Origin: Octopus sinensis
Taxonomy: Eukaryota
DNA: 64,000 bases
NCBI RefSeq assembly: GCF_006345805.1
Contig: NC_043000.1
Span: 50,220,001 to 50,284,000 of the forward strand
Direction: 5' to 3'
Shown piece by piece: positions 1 through 12,283 of this stretch (positions are counted from its first letter, which is position 1; each line of letters starts with the position of its first letter). The notes under the pieces are model-generated. The model had not been told where the DNA came from and ran no database searches. It saw only the letters and a list, made by a program, of their open reading frames with translations. The position numbers and the translations under genes are program-made.

Positions 1-779
1 TCTCAAACTATTCTGTCGTTATCTTACCATGTGTTGGCATAGTTTATATTATCTAAGTACAGGATTTTAATGTTAAGTTTTTTTTTTCTCATCACAGTAT
101 TTCCTTTTTTTACCTTACGTTAATGATCTCATCTTTTAACATTTTTTCACTTGCTGTGGCAAACAAAAAACAGTATGGAATTCCTATATATATGTATGTA
201 AAATTGCAGGGTTTCATCTTTTAGAAAGAAAAAATATTTTGGACTTTAACAAATGCTAGCGCACTATATGCCATCAATTTTATTCTAAAAAACAATATAG
301 TTCTTTGTTTTGAAAATTGTACTCAACAGCAATATTTAAGCAAAATGTTTCACTGATAGGCAAATGATTATCTAAATAATAATGCAGGAAGAACTGCAAG
401 AATTTGCAAAATATATATTCTAAGCAATAGAGACAGTACCAGAGTAGAATAGGCAAACTTTTTGATTTTGCATTTTTTTTTCTTAAGTCTCTGTAATAAT
501 ATCTGTAAAGTTATCTAAATCAAGTATAAAAACTCTCAATTCTGAAAAGCATACTTCAGCAAAAAATCTCGTAACTGAAATTCCAGTTTACATTGCATTT
601 TTTACACAGGCTTCTAATTTCATAGTTGCAAATGAATTTTAAAATTGACTTTCTTGTATATGTAGTTTGCTTTACTTTGCTGGCATAAATCATATGAGAA
701 TAATGTAAATACATCTGGAAACTTGAGACAAAGCACTAAAATGCTTTTAGAAAAGATGAAATAGAATATTTGATTGGTA

Positions 780-2200
780 ATTTAACCCTTAGTTATCTGA
801 GTACAACAGACACAATCAAAAGTTAGCTCAATGAGTTGCTCAATATCCACATTATGCTGGATGAGGAACTTGAAATCCTCAAGTTGTCATCATGGTCAGT
901 AGTATTATATTCATCATATCTCACAGAAATAAGTTGAAGGAACATGAATTACAGAGCATCTGAATCGCCTGAATGCATATCCAGCTTATGTTATACTGAA
1001 AAACTGTTTCACAAAACTCAAATTTATATACTTCTTCCTCCCCACACACCTGCAGTATACCATGAAACTAATCACATCAAAGCAATCTATTGATTGATAA
1101 TGCCTACATTAGCAGATATATCCAATGTTAGTTTCAACAACAACAGTTGATGACAGCGACTCTATCACTAAAATCATAAGCTTAGGAAATAAAGAGTTAA
1201 TCTGATTTTGCATTGCCAGCACATATCTCCTCACTGCAGACCACAGTAACATTGACTGAGAGGATCACTGCTACAGGATCCTCCTCACCTGCCTGTTTTA
1301 TATTACCTGTTTTGGAGGTATGGCTGTTTTTATTTTGTTGTTGAAACTATATAGTCACTGAAAAGAAATAATTAAATTAGAATGTGACAGCTGCTGAGAG
1401 ACATGTAGAGTGTGTAACAGGAGACCAAACCAGATCAACAAGATCTGACATAATTGGCAAATGCACGTGAGCCATGAATTTGTTAGCTTTTGAAATAATA
1501 TCTTCGCATGACAGAGATATCAGAAGATACTTAGCAAATTTCTTGTGAAAGATGGAGAAAGCTGGAAATAATGAACTAGGAAAAAATAATAGCTTGTAAT
1601 TTTGACCCCAAACCACAAATTTTGAGAAGGGTTTGCCTTCTGGTGCCTTAAGTTAATACTATGCATGACAAGTGCCTTCCAAACTGGCTTCGCAGTTCAT
1701 TGTGTACCAAATGTTAAAATACAGTTGATAGGCTAATCTGAAGGGGTAATATGACTGTCTTGTCACTTCAATGCCAGGAATTGTGCCTGACATGATAAAA
1801 AAACATGGATAATGAAACAATCCTTGACATCTACTGCAATACTGGCAATCTTGGAGTTGGCCAGACTGGACTGCAACAGAAAAAAAAAACACTCAGGATG
1901 ACTTGTTTTGTATATGGCTCTTAGCTGTGGCTCCACTATCACTCACACATCCCTAAGAGCAACATCTCAGTGGTTGTGATCCACCCATTGATGTGATAAG
2001 AACAAAGGATGGCCAGCAGAGCAAGTATGCATCATTGTCAGACATATACTTCTTTAACATGGATACAATAGAAACAAACCAGTGTGGCCAAAATCGACAT
2101 CACCTAACTCAGTTGACAGCTACTCATGAGCCATAAAGTACTGTCTGGCTAAGTTGCTTCCCAGTACCCCAGATTGGTACAGTACTGGCTTATGATGCCT
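780..2200 (+). pseudogene. Degenerate CRE-clade non-LTR retrotransposon, 3' part (post-RT region, CCHC knuckle, restriction-like endonuclease)
   Basis: Hand translation across stops and frameshifts gives collinear CRE-like blocks: EHLNRLNAYPAYVILKNCFTKLKFIYF (~960-1035), ATLSLKS*A*EIKS*SDFALPAHISSLQTTVTLTERI (~1156-1270), C..TVDRL..LSCHFNA...HD...IMKQSLTSTAILAILE (~1710-1860), KYASLSDIYFFNMDTIETNQCG (~2023-2090). These match remembered CRE motifs LLxNCFxxPKLxY, QATLPxxxGGLGIR, HGLSC..RH, KYxxLxxxYxFxPxAxETxG. Boundaries approximate. Confidence 0.7.
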
Positions 2201-3269
2201 TTTGAGTTGGCATGGCTCTGTGTCAGCTCATTATGTAGCCTAATTTAAAAGTGAAGAGATGATCAAGAGATAAATCTTAACTAATGCCATCAGGACAAAA
2301 GATATAGCTTTTAAATCATGGTAACAGCAATTGTTTGTGGCAATAGTTTGTGTGCTTGTACACTAGATATTGATTGCCCCACACACCATTCTCTTCTTTT
2401 GTGTTTATAAAATTTTATTCTAAAATTTAATTGTAAAAAAAAGAAAATTGTTTTTTTTTGTTTTTTAATATTCAACTTCAAAAGAAACTATGACTAGAAA
2501 TACGGTGAATAACACATAATTGTTTAATTTCTAACAATAAAACAAAATCATTAGAAGAAAAATAAAGAAAAAAACTGAAAAAAATTAGGAGAAAGCTATG
2601 GAAAGTTTCCAAGAGGATTTAATATATTTTCATCTTTGGCAACTTGTAACTACAGTGAAAAACCGTTGTTTAAAAGTGTTTATAAAAAGTTTTGAAGGAA
2701 TAAATTGGATGAATAAGCTTCAAAAGATGGATGATGTTGATGGTTGATTGATGGAAATGAAGCATGTACGAGAGATAAAACTGCATCCTTTATATATTTA
2801 GTTATTTGTTTGTTTATTTATTTTACTATAAATCATTATGAGATACATATCATAACAGTGTAATAACCTCATATGGTGTAGGAATGATTCAGATTGAAGC
2901 TAGTTTATGATTACTAGTATTGATGTTTGTTTTTGTTTGCTTTTTTTTTTTTGGTTTTCTCATAGAGTTCAGACTCAAGTTTTGAAAGCCTGTTACTAAC
3001 TACAATCTTATATATCTGTAAAATAAATACTAATGCTACTGAAAATAATCTACTTCTAAAGTAGTTACATTCAAAACCTCATGCTGGCTGTCAGAATTCA
3101 GGCCAGTAGGGAAAATTGGCTGTAGAATGAAAATACAAAATAAATGGACAAAATAAATGGACAATTCCAGTAGATTGTCAGTTATGTCACTAGTATCTGG
3201 AATCTGTGTACATCAAAAATACTTTTAACATAGAAGTAATAACCTATGAAACATTTAAATTTCAACAGC

Positions 3270-3743
3270 TTAACCTTTCAGCATTTAGACCAGCCATTTC
3301 CAACCAAAATATTCCACTTGCTTTATGTTCCAACAGGCTAGTTGTGGTTTCTTACGCCAACCCTACAATATCATTCTAAAATAGGGCAGCAAGCTGGCAG
3401 AATCGTTAGCACGCCGGGTGAAATGCTTGGTATTTCATTTGTAGTTACGTTCTGAGTTCAAATTCCACCAAGGTCGACTTTGCCTTTCATCCTTTTGGGA
3501 TCGATTAAATAAGTACCAGTTACGCACTGGAGTCGATGTAATCGACTTAAGCCCTTTGTTTGTCCCCTCTATGTTTAGCCCCCTGTGGGCAATTAAGAAA
3601 TAGAAGAAATAAATATCATTCTAAAATATTAGCAGTTATGTTATCAAAATATCATAGCTAACAGGTAATGCATGATTAAATGAAAACAGTGGGAATAAAT
3701 AAGCATTACATTTGACAGAGCAATCTGAATGCTAAAGAGTCAA
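3270..3743. mobile_element. TTAA-flanked (piggyBac-like) MITE family 1, interrupted by a SINE
   Basis: Termini ttaacctttcagcattt ... gaatgctaaagagtcaa are degenerate inverted repeats; the same internal sequence recurs at 14759-14950, 21037-21243, ~24388-24953 and 63553-63679. Confidence 0.65.
3384..3611 (+). mobile_element. tRNA-derived SINE family A, full length, 17-bp TSD
   Basis: Head agctggcagaatcgttagc with B-box-like gagttcaaattcc, core gtcgactttgcctttcatcc, tail aagaaata; exact direct repeat aatatcattctaaaata at 3367-3383 and 3612-3628. Confidence 0.9.
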
Positions 3744-3869
3744 TGCTGTTCTTTTCTTTCTTTATAAATACCCAACTTCAGATATTGGATATTTAAAAAT
3801 ATCCCAGTTATCCATAACAGAGCAGATTCATAACCAAAAACATTTCCATGGCACATACTGGTATCATGC

Positions 3870-4065
3870 AACTGGCACCCATGTCAGTGGTATGTAAAAG
3901 TACCCATTACATTCTTGAAGTGGTTGACATTAGGAAGAGTGTCCAGCTGTAAAAACCTTACCAAATCAGAATGGAGTCTGGTGCAGTCTCTCAACTTCCC
4001 AGCCTTGGTCAAACCAGCCAACCCATGCTAGCATGGACAACAGACATGAAATGGTGATGATGATA
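3870..4065 (+). mobile_element. RTE-type LINE 3' tail
   Basis: Matches the 3' end of the RTE element at 34302-34500 (gtggttgacattaggaag...caacccatgctagcatgg...tgatgatgat). Further short copies near 17020-17085, 22945-22995 and 44805-44915. Confidence 0.7.
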
Positions 4066-4079
4066 ATGGTTTCTGCTTT

Positions 4080-4295
4080 GACTATTTTGTATACTTTTAT
4101 CTTTATCTTTTACCTTTTTCAGTTATTGGACTGTGGCCATGATGGGGCACTGCCTTGAAAACAAATCGATCCTAGTATTTGTTGTTTTTTTTAGTAAGCC
4201 TGATAGTTATTCTATTTCTCTTTTTTGTTGAACCACTAAGTTATGGGGACGTAAACAAACCAACTCTGGTTATCAAGTGCTGGTGGGGACAAAAT
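4080..4295 (-). mobile_element. SINE family B, 3' portion
   Basis: Reverse complement matches the 3' half of the full copies at 23497-23915 and 23951-24358. Confidence 0.75.
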
Positions 4296-4367
4296 GGATA
4301 TGAATTTTAAATGTAAAGGGCAGCATGAAATACCACAAGTTACTTTGTTTAATGCTCTTACAATTCT

Positions 4368-4815
4368 TTTTTCTTTACTACCCACAAGGAGCTACATGCA
4401 GAGGGGACAAACAAGGACAGACAAACGGATTAAGTCGATTATATCGACCCCAGTGCATAACTGGTACTTATTTAATCAACCCCAAAATAATGAAAGGCAA
4501 AGTCAACCTCAGCAGAATTTGAACTCAGAACATAGTGACAGACAAAATACCACTAAGCATTTTGCCCGGCGGGCTAACGTTTCTTACTTCTTTATTGCCC
4601 ACAAGGGACTAAACATAGAGGAGACAAACAAGGACAGACAAAGGTATAAGTCGATTACATCGACCCCAGTGTGTAACTGGTACTTGATTTATCAACCCTG
4701 AAAGGATGAAAGGCAACGTCGACCTCAGCGGAATTTGAACTCAGAACGTAACGGCAGACGAAATACTGCTCAGCATTTCGCCCGGCACGCTAACATTTCT
4801 GCCAGCTCGCCGCCT
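4368..4815 (-). mobile_element. SINE family A head-to-tail dimer
   Basis: Two consecutive copies (about 4368-4581 and 4582-4815); the first lacks ~18 nt of head and is joined at aagaa|acgttagc (minus-strand reading). Confidence 0.9.
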
Positions 4816-4846
4816 TAGTTCTTACAATTCTGCCATTCCGCTACCT

Positions 4847-4882
<36 letters not shown>

Positions 4883-4927
4883 TGGTAGTGGTGGTGGTGG
4901 TGTTGTTACTTGTAGTGGGGGGTTAAA

Positions 4928-4963
<36 letters not shown>

Positions 4964-5403
4964 GAACAAACTTTTATGAAAGTAACCACAGTGGGTCTAC
5001 AAAAATACTTGGAAACAAGCAAATATAGACTGATTAGTATAATATGAGAAAAATATTTATAAAAAAACATTTTTTTATTATATATGTATCACAAAATAAA
5101 AAACAATAAATTCAAAACAAGAAACTAAGTACTTCAAGTAAATATGTTTAGATAATGAAAAAAAAAAAACACGAAACAACTGAAAATGTGAAATGAACAA
5201 AAGATTAAATAGAAGTGGAACTCCAAAAATACTAAAGAATAAAATGGAGAGAAAGACTTCTTCATGGTCAGCATCCTGCAAGAATGGACAGAGACTAAGT
5301 GAGCCAGTATGAAAGATAACAATGGCTTAAAAGCTTTGGACTAAAGACAGAAATTAAAGAACTGATTTTTATCTGCATAAGATCAATGATTATCCACAAA
5401 TAA
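4964..5403 (+). pseudogene. R4/Dong-clade non-LTR retrotransposon fragment (post-RT region) between (TAA)n and (TGA)n
   Basis: Translation EQTFMKVTTVGLQKYLETSK ... RIKWRERLLHGQHPARMDRD*VSQYER*QWLKSFGLKTEIKELIF resembles R4/Dong motifs ELTYKTTTIGLxKYL and WxxKPLHGQY...QWLxxxGLKxETEGFI. Confidence 0.75.
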
Positions 5404-5892
5404 TGATGTTGTTGTTGATGATGATGATGGTGATGTTGGTGGTGATGGTGATGATGATGATGACGACGACGACGAATGATGATGATGATGATGAAAGCTG
5501 CTAAAATAAGATAATAAAACAAGAGTCTAACATCAACTGTAGACTATGTAATCATCCTACAGAAGCAATCAATAGCATAATTTCTGGGATGAGTTGGCAG
5601 AAATAACAGACTACCAGACTAAATGAGTTTACATTCTTTAATCTTTATTCTCTACACTCTTAGTTCATATTCCACCAGATTTGAATTTGGTTTTTCATCC
5701 TTACAGGACTGATGAAAAATATCAATCATTCATGGGTTGGGACGTGCTCAGTCAGTTGACTACCCTATGACAGAAGTTCAAACACATCTCAACTTACAAT
5801 GTTAACGGGGTCTAAGACATGCGATTTAACTCCAAAAATGATGTGACACGAGAAAACATCTTTCTAAAAATCTATCAGCTTATATCTGCTTG

Positions 5893-6150
5893 TGGAGGCG
5901 CATGGTTTAGTGGTTAGGGTGTCAGCATCATGATCATAAGATTGTGGTTTCAATTCCTGGACCGGGTGACACGTTGTGTTCTTGAGCAAAACACTTCATT
6001 TCGCGTTGCTCCAGTCCACTCAGCTGGCAAAAATGAGTAACGCTGCGATGGACTGGTGTCCTGTCCAGCTGGAGAACACATACGCCATAGAATCTGGGAA
6101 ACCGGGCCCATGAGCCTGGCTAGGCTTTAAAAGGGTGCATTTATTTATTT
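5893..6150 (+). mobile_element. tRNA-derived SINE family C
   Basis: A-box-like tggtttagtgg, B-box-like ggtttcaattcc, core cttgagcaaaacacttcatttc...ccactcagctgg..aaatgagta. Related copies at 15150-15415(-), 24440-24755(-), 52760-53006(+), 58015-58345(+). Confidence 0.85.
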
Positions 6151-6369
6151 TTTATTTATATCTGTTTAAGTTTTAGTTTGGCCATCCTCCCATATGCTTC
6201 ATTGATTTTATATGAGCATGCCATCCACACGCCACCCCCCCCAGCATGCATGTTCTTAATTCATCAACATTTGCCATTCAATTGTCCTAAAGCAAGTTGC
6301 CCACATAGGTTAGACGTTTTCTTCCTCTGATGATTCTTCCTTCAACTGACTGCCATAAGACAAGTTGAA

Positions 6370-6520
6370 TAGCTCTAAATGTTACTTGGAGAGCTCATTT
6401 AACCAATGAGCAGCTTTATCCAAACTGACCGAGAAGATTCAGCAGAGAAGAATGAGAGTTGCAAATCACTGCATCAGCCACCCAGAAGAACCTGTATGTC
6501 AGAAATCATCCCTCAGATAC
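6370..6520 (+). pseudogene. RTE-clade LINE C-terminal fragment
   Basis: RALNVTWRAHLTNEQLY / KIQQRRMRVANHCISHPEEPV (one frameshift) resembles RTE motif LxISWxxHxTNxELY...KIxxRRxRFAGHCxRH. Confidence 0.65.
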
Positions 6521-7660
6521 AACATTTCAGGACCCCACCAGAATAGGACCCCTCAGATTGAAACAAAATTCCCTACTCTTGGTGGACGACAGCTTTGTGC
6601 CACTCAAGTGACAGCCTGTCACTCCAACCTGTCCTCTTGAGATTTCCCCATTCATGAGATAGAGTTCCTGATGGCTATACCTCAACTGCTTGTGCCTTAT
6701 AGGCAGTTGAGGTACTTCCCCAGAGGATTTGATGGGTTTCTTTGAATAGTCGTTGCTGATAAGGTTTTACAAGGTTGGAGTGAAAATCCTGCCTCAATCA
6801 CTTTTAGTTGCCTTTTATGAGGTGTAGAGGAAATGTTGGGTCTATTCTTTGGCTTGAAGTCCCCACACTACAAAACATATGTTCTCTTCTCTGAGGTTTG
6901 GTTTGGATTATGGCTCATGCTGGTTGATTAATTGCCACATGGTCACAGTGAATGAAAAAGTTTCTTGTAGAGATGTGGATTGACTGGGACATTACTTGAA
7001 AGATTGCCTGGGATGACTGAAGCAAATACCAACAAATGGCGAATGTAGCCAAGTTCTGCATTGGTGCATGACCCTGTATCTGACCTAGCCTGACCTGTTT
7101 AATAGATGCTTATTACATATTTTCACATGTATTTTTTAGGTGTTTTTTTTTTATTATATGTTTTTGAAATACGTCACCAATGCAAAGTCAGATAAATTGA
7201 TTGAAGTTGAAGCTAATTTTCTCACTTATATTTTAAAAGAAAAATATACAGCATAAAGACAAAAAAGATGTTCCTTGGAATGATATAAGTTGAGTTATTC
7301 CTGTACTTAGAAGTTTCAAAACTTTTGTTGTTGTTGTTGCTTAACAGTCTTTATCATCTTCATCTATGATCAAAGATGTTCCAGCTATAAGCATCTCTGA
7401 CCATGCTGTTTTCTGTTTTCTTTTTTCATTTCAGGTATTTTGCATCTAGATCTGTGTTACATTTTCCAGTGTTTCTTATTTTCATGTCAATAATATATGA
7501 TATTGGAAAAATTTGACTGCTATTGTTGAGCAGCCACATACAGATTTTCTCATTTGCAGTCAAAACTTTATTTTGTTAGAAACCAACAAAATAAGTCATT
7601 GACTCAGAAAGATATTTTTATACCATAAATTAGATTGAAGTGAAGGAAAATATTTAAGAA

Positions 7661-8113
7661 ACTAGTATTGTAACCCGATTTCATTCGGGTCTACTCGGGC
7701 CACATTTTAAAGAGGAGGAATTTAAAAAAAAAAACGAAAATTTTATTAAAAATTAAAAAGAAGATGAGGGCAAAAAGCACTCATTTTTTCACAATGAAAA
7801 ATCGTTTCCTAGTAGCAGGAATTTCACGAAAAAATGTATGTTTATTAAGCACAACAGCCTGGGCATTAAAAGTCAATCGCACAATCCTAGAGGGGCTCTG
7901 GGCCCTCTTGAATCGATTAAAAATCCCTCTTTTTGCCATAGCAGCCACATCTTTATAGCTTGTGAATTTTAACCATCATGGGTCTCATCCTCACCATGCA
8001 TTTAGTAACCCTGCCAATTTTTAGCTCAATCCTAGCCTCAGTTTGGCCGCCATTAACCATCAAAGCAAAATGTGCATACAATTTTCGTCCAAGGACTGTA
8101 TTATAGATATAGA
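7661..8113 (+). mobile_element. Non-autonomous Helitron/HINE-like element
   Basis: Starts actagt followed by hairpin aacccgatttcattcgggt; ends ...ggactgtattatagatatagac; same architecture as 18418-19203. Confidence 0.6.
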
Positions 8114-10993
8114 CTTGTCTCACATGTTTTTAAGAATTCTATTTTACTAATCTAGTTTAGGAATCTCATATAATTAAATCATTCATATAAGTATTTGAAA
8201 TCTAAAAGTCAGCCTGGAGGAGTTCATTTCTATCGAAGTAATTGACTACATCTAAATATTATATGTATAAGAAGTAGGTGAAATGAACTGGATCATCTGG
8301 AAATCGAACTGGCATAGAAGATTATATTTAGCTGTAGCTTATCATTAAGCTAATAATTTTTTAAATATTCATAGTGAAATTGAAAGTCAGTGTCTCAACT
8401 GATTATCAGAAAGTAACGTTCTGTTTAAGTATTTATTGTTGTTGTTGTTTAGAACTTTGTCAGCCTTGACTAAGCAGACCTGTGCTGAAAAGAAATCTAA
8501 GGAATTCCATATACAACTCTTGTGCTTTCAGATATAGCATATGAGTCTTATTACCCAATGTCTCTTCATTTTCTACAAGAAGTAGCATGTGATAGAGGAT
8601 GAATTGACCCCAGTTTCTAATAGAACAGTTAGTTATTCAGAGGCTGGTACATTATGGAAGATACATCAGTTCTTATAACAGTGAACTGTCCCTTCATATG
8701 AAACTACTTACCATGTATGTTGGTGTACACAATGAAGTTTGAACTTGCAAAAAAAAAAATCACTTGTAAACTATACATTATCTTAAATACCAAGAATAAA
8801 ATCTGTACTTTGATATTCAGTGGTATAGTGAAACAAGACAGAATTTACAAATTAAAGAAAATGCCTATAATGTAATTTAAACCAATGTTTCTGAAGTAAA
8901 TTAGTAAATCCATTTTAAGTAAATTCTAAAATTATATTTGACACCCTGTTAGTTCCTTTTAAATAACCAACAGCTAAGAGATATCACTAGTGTTTAGACT
9001 ACACCAGCCAGGTGCATTTGATGTGTATTATGGCAGGCAATTCATAGTGTTTTGCCGTTATTTGAAATGAATTGTCCTAAATTTTAATAACAAAGGCTGT
9101 ATTGCTTAGTGCTTAAAATCATCATTACACTGATTATTGAGATGGTCATTAAATGCATATTAGGTTAGTGAACTCTCAGTGTTAAGTGCCATACTCCAAC
9201 ACCTCTGTGTCTGTTAGAATAATGTCTTTATTGCCAAATAGAAACATTTATAACTCTAATAAATCTTATGTAACTGTATGTTACAAGTGTTAGTTTTGGT
9301 TCAAAATGTATTAAAATATACTAAAAACATGTGCTTTTATCTTGTGAAGAATTTCCAACACCAACACTTAAATCTACAGTTGTGAAACATTGATGGGCAT
9401 TCTTATACAACACATACAGTTCAAAATCTACACTTTAAATAAATATCATAGACATTGGTAATGAGATGTGAACCATCGGACATTTATTGTGTAAGCAGGA
9501 ATCATATAAACTTGGTCAACTTCTATTCTAAAAGTGCATTATACTTTCAAGATATTCATCTTACTCTTATATTCCTCTGTAACAATACATCATTTTCACT
9601 AATTATTTCTCATCATGTACCAAGTTTATTTCCAGTTCTATATACTCATTACAAATAATTACATAGAACGGTAAAAGAACATGCCGCCAGAAGACAAATA
9701 GAAAATAGATGTATAGTTCTATTTCACAGAAGAACAAGAAGAAAGAAAAAAGTTATTAAGCATAGCAAGACAAGTACAAGAGAAATAGTTCACTGATAAA
9801 TGAATATTATGTGTAGTCTCATTTTCAAAGTAGAAATATTGAAGACCAGAGAACAAATTCTCAACAACAATAAAGCAAAGCAGATGACAGTCCAAGAATA
9901 GCATGGTAATCATATTTGATTACTATGGAATTCACACTGTAATCATATTTGACAATACAATAATTATTCAATTATCATATCTTTTTATTCATATTTCGAT
10001 ATATTATATAATGCCAGGCTTCAACTTTTATATACTTATTTATTATTTCAGTGTTCTAGTTGGTTTATTTGACAAAAAAGTACAGTTGATATTTCAAGAA
10101 TATTTATATTATTTTTCTGATATATAGTTTACACATTCTGAGAAGAAAAAAATAATAATTCTGAAATCTTTGTTTAATTACCAACATTTTTAGATTGTAG
10201 ACCAACTGTTGCTCGGGCATGAAAGTCTCTCCTCTCTGTGTCACTAATATTGCCTGAGAAAAGGCAAGAGTTGATATTGCCACTGGCACTTGTAGTGTCA
10301 GAAGTGTTGCTGTGAAAATGCAAAGAACAGGTGCAGATTCCACAAGGAATCTTGTTCATTACTCTGACAATTTAGCTAGAACAAAAGAACAAAAAGCTGA
10401 CTTCAGTAGGGTTGGAACTCAGGCTACAAGGAGTGGGAACAAACACTGCAAGACATTATGTCTAATGCTTTAACAGCTGCTCATCTGTCACACTACCAAA
10501 GCATAGTTTTGTTTTAATATTGCACTTCAGAATAATTTTAAAAACCTCGATAGATTCCAAACAGCAATGTTATATTTACATATTGATGTAATCAGAGAAT
10601 TTTGTGAAACAATTTGCATGCCCACATATAGTGCAAGTCATGATAAATAGAAACTCATCTCATTCTTAAGGATACTTAAGAAGAAAGAATTCAAAATATT
10701 TCTGCAGAATGTTATATAAAAGATTATAGCTCCTTGAGAAGGAACATCTGAAGGAGACACATGAAAATATGAAACTATTGCTATATGGGTTTCCTGATTT
10801 TGATTGGACTGCAGTTCTAAGAGAAGTATGTGTGTGTGTATTTCTCTTATAACATACACTATACATGCATATATATGTACGGACAGATAGCCACACACAC
10901 ATATACATATACATATACATACATACATATATATATATATAATTTTTGACTTACCCTCGTGCATGTATATATATGTATATATATATATACATG

Positions 10994-11245
10994 CACAAGG
11001 TTAAGTCAAAAATTATCCGCACTTTCACTATAACATATCTTTATTATCGTCACATTACCTTCTGTGCATGTATGCTTATAGTAGATACTATCGTGGTCAT
11101 GTGATCGAAGTTTGACCTTGATCACACCATTTTTCTTTCTGGCTTTACAATGGAAGCATGGCCACGCCACTAGCAATGTACACCAAAGAAGAACAAAGAG
11201 GAGTGACTACATTTCTCAAGTCGGAAAGTGCGTCACATGAAACTC
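10994..11245 (+). mobile_element. Mariner-family DNA transposon 5' end (TIR plus start of transposase)
   Basis: TIR-like cacaaggttaagtcaaaaattatccgcac, then ATG at 11158 encoding MATPLAMYTKEEQRGVTTFLKSE, typical of mariner N-termini (xxEEQRxVIxFLxxEG); truncated by the next element. Confidence 0.75.
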
Positions 11246-11249
11246 CCAG

Positions 11250-11441
11250 CCCTAGAGTCACTCAAATGCTTCTGCTAAATATTAATATATACATATTCAG
11301 AACAAACTCGAGCATCGCCACACTATACTTTTATTCATAGATTGAAACTATGTCAAAACTTTGATAACGCAACATCAAAGTCTGCCGTTTTAAACGCAAC
11401 TAAAAAAATAAACCCAAGCAACGCCGGGCTAAACTGCTAGT
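11250..11441 (-). mobile_element. Helitron/HINE-like element, 5' end on minus strand
   Basis: Reverse complement begins actagcagtttagcccggcgttgcttgggtt, nearly identical to the starts at 18418 and 18819; left boundary uncertain. Confidence 0.7.
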
Positions 11442-11475
11442 AATAATAATAATAATAATAATAAAAATAATAATA

Positions 11476-11538
11476 AACAAACTTTTATAAAGTAACCACA
11501 GTGGGTCTACAAAAAATACTTGGAAACAAGCAAATATA
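11476..11538 (+). mobile_element. Short copy of the R4/Dong-derived segment after (TAA)n
   Basis: aacaaacttttataaagtaaccacagtgggtctacaaaaaatacttggaaacaagcaaatata matches 4965-5027 apart from one substitution and one A indel. Confidence 0.8.
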
Positions 11539-11988
11539 TGCATTTATGTATGTATGTATGTATGCATGTATGTATGTATGTGTGTATGTGTGTGTGTGTA
11601 TTTATGTATGTATGATTGCATGTATGTATGTATGTATGTATGCATAATCCCTACACATTTTTTCTCTCTCTCTTTGTATTTTTCATCTCAACTCTTTCTG
11701 CCGAAAAGTGTAGGCTCAAAACATCAAAGACTTTTCCATTCTTCCTGGGCATCAAACTAATACACTTGCATGTTCCCTCACCTGTCTTCATCTTTTATTT
11801 TCTGTAAATTTGAACTACATATACATGTTGGGGAAGGGTGATGAAGAATGAGTGAGTGACATATATTTGTATGTGTGTGTGTGTATGCGCACATGTGTGA
11901 GTATGTTTGTGTGTGTGTGTGTGTGTGTTTTACATTTAGACAAATTTTAGACCTGGCAAAGATGAGTTTTATCAGTTACAGCATCATT

Positions 11989-12283
11989 CCTGTTTGTTCC
12001 TTCTTGAGCCATGCGTGGCCCATAAGGGCCGATTTCCCAGTTTCCTTGGCATATAGGTTCCCTACCTGGACGGGACACCAGTGAGCTGCAAGGTGCAGGA
12101 GGAAAGAGTGAGAGAAAGTTGTGTCGAAAGAGTATGCAGAAGTTCGCCATTACCTTCTGCCAGAGCCGCGTGGAGCTTAGGTGTTTCACTCGTAAACACA
12201 CTCATTGCCCGGTCTGAGATTCGAACCTGCGATCCCTCGACCACGAGTCCACTGCTCTAACCACTAGGCTATGTGCCTCCACC
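11989..12283 (-). mobile_element. tRNA-derived SINE (family C-related subfamily), relatively young
   Basis: Reverse complement head ggtggaggcacatagcctagtggttagagcagtggactc...gcaggttcgaatctcag with clear A and B boxes; CpGs retained. Confidence 0.85.

Noticed and set aside
4294-4701. 135-aa ORF
   Set aside because: Antisense reading of the SINE A dimer.
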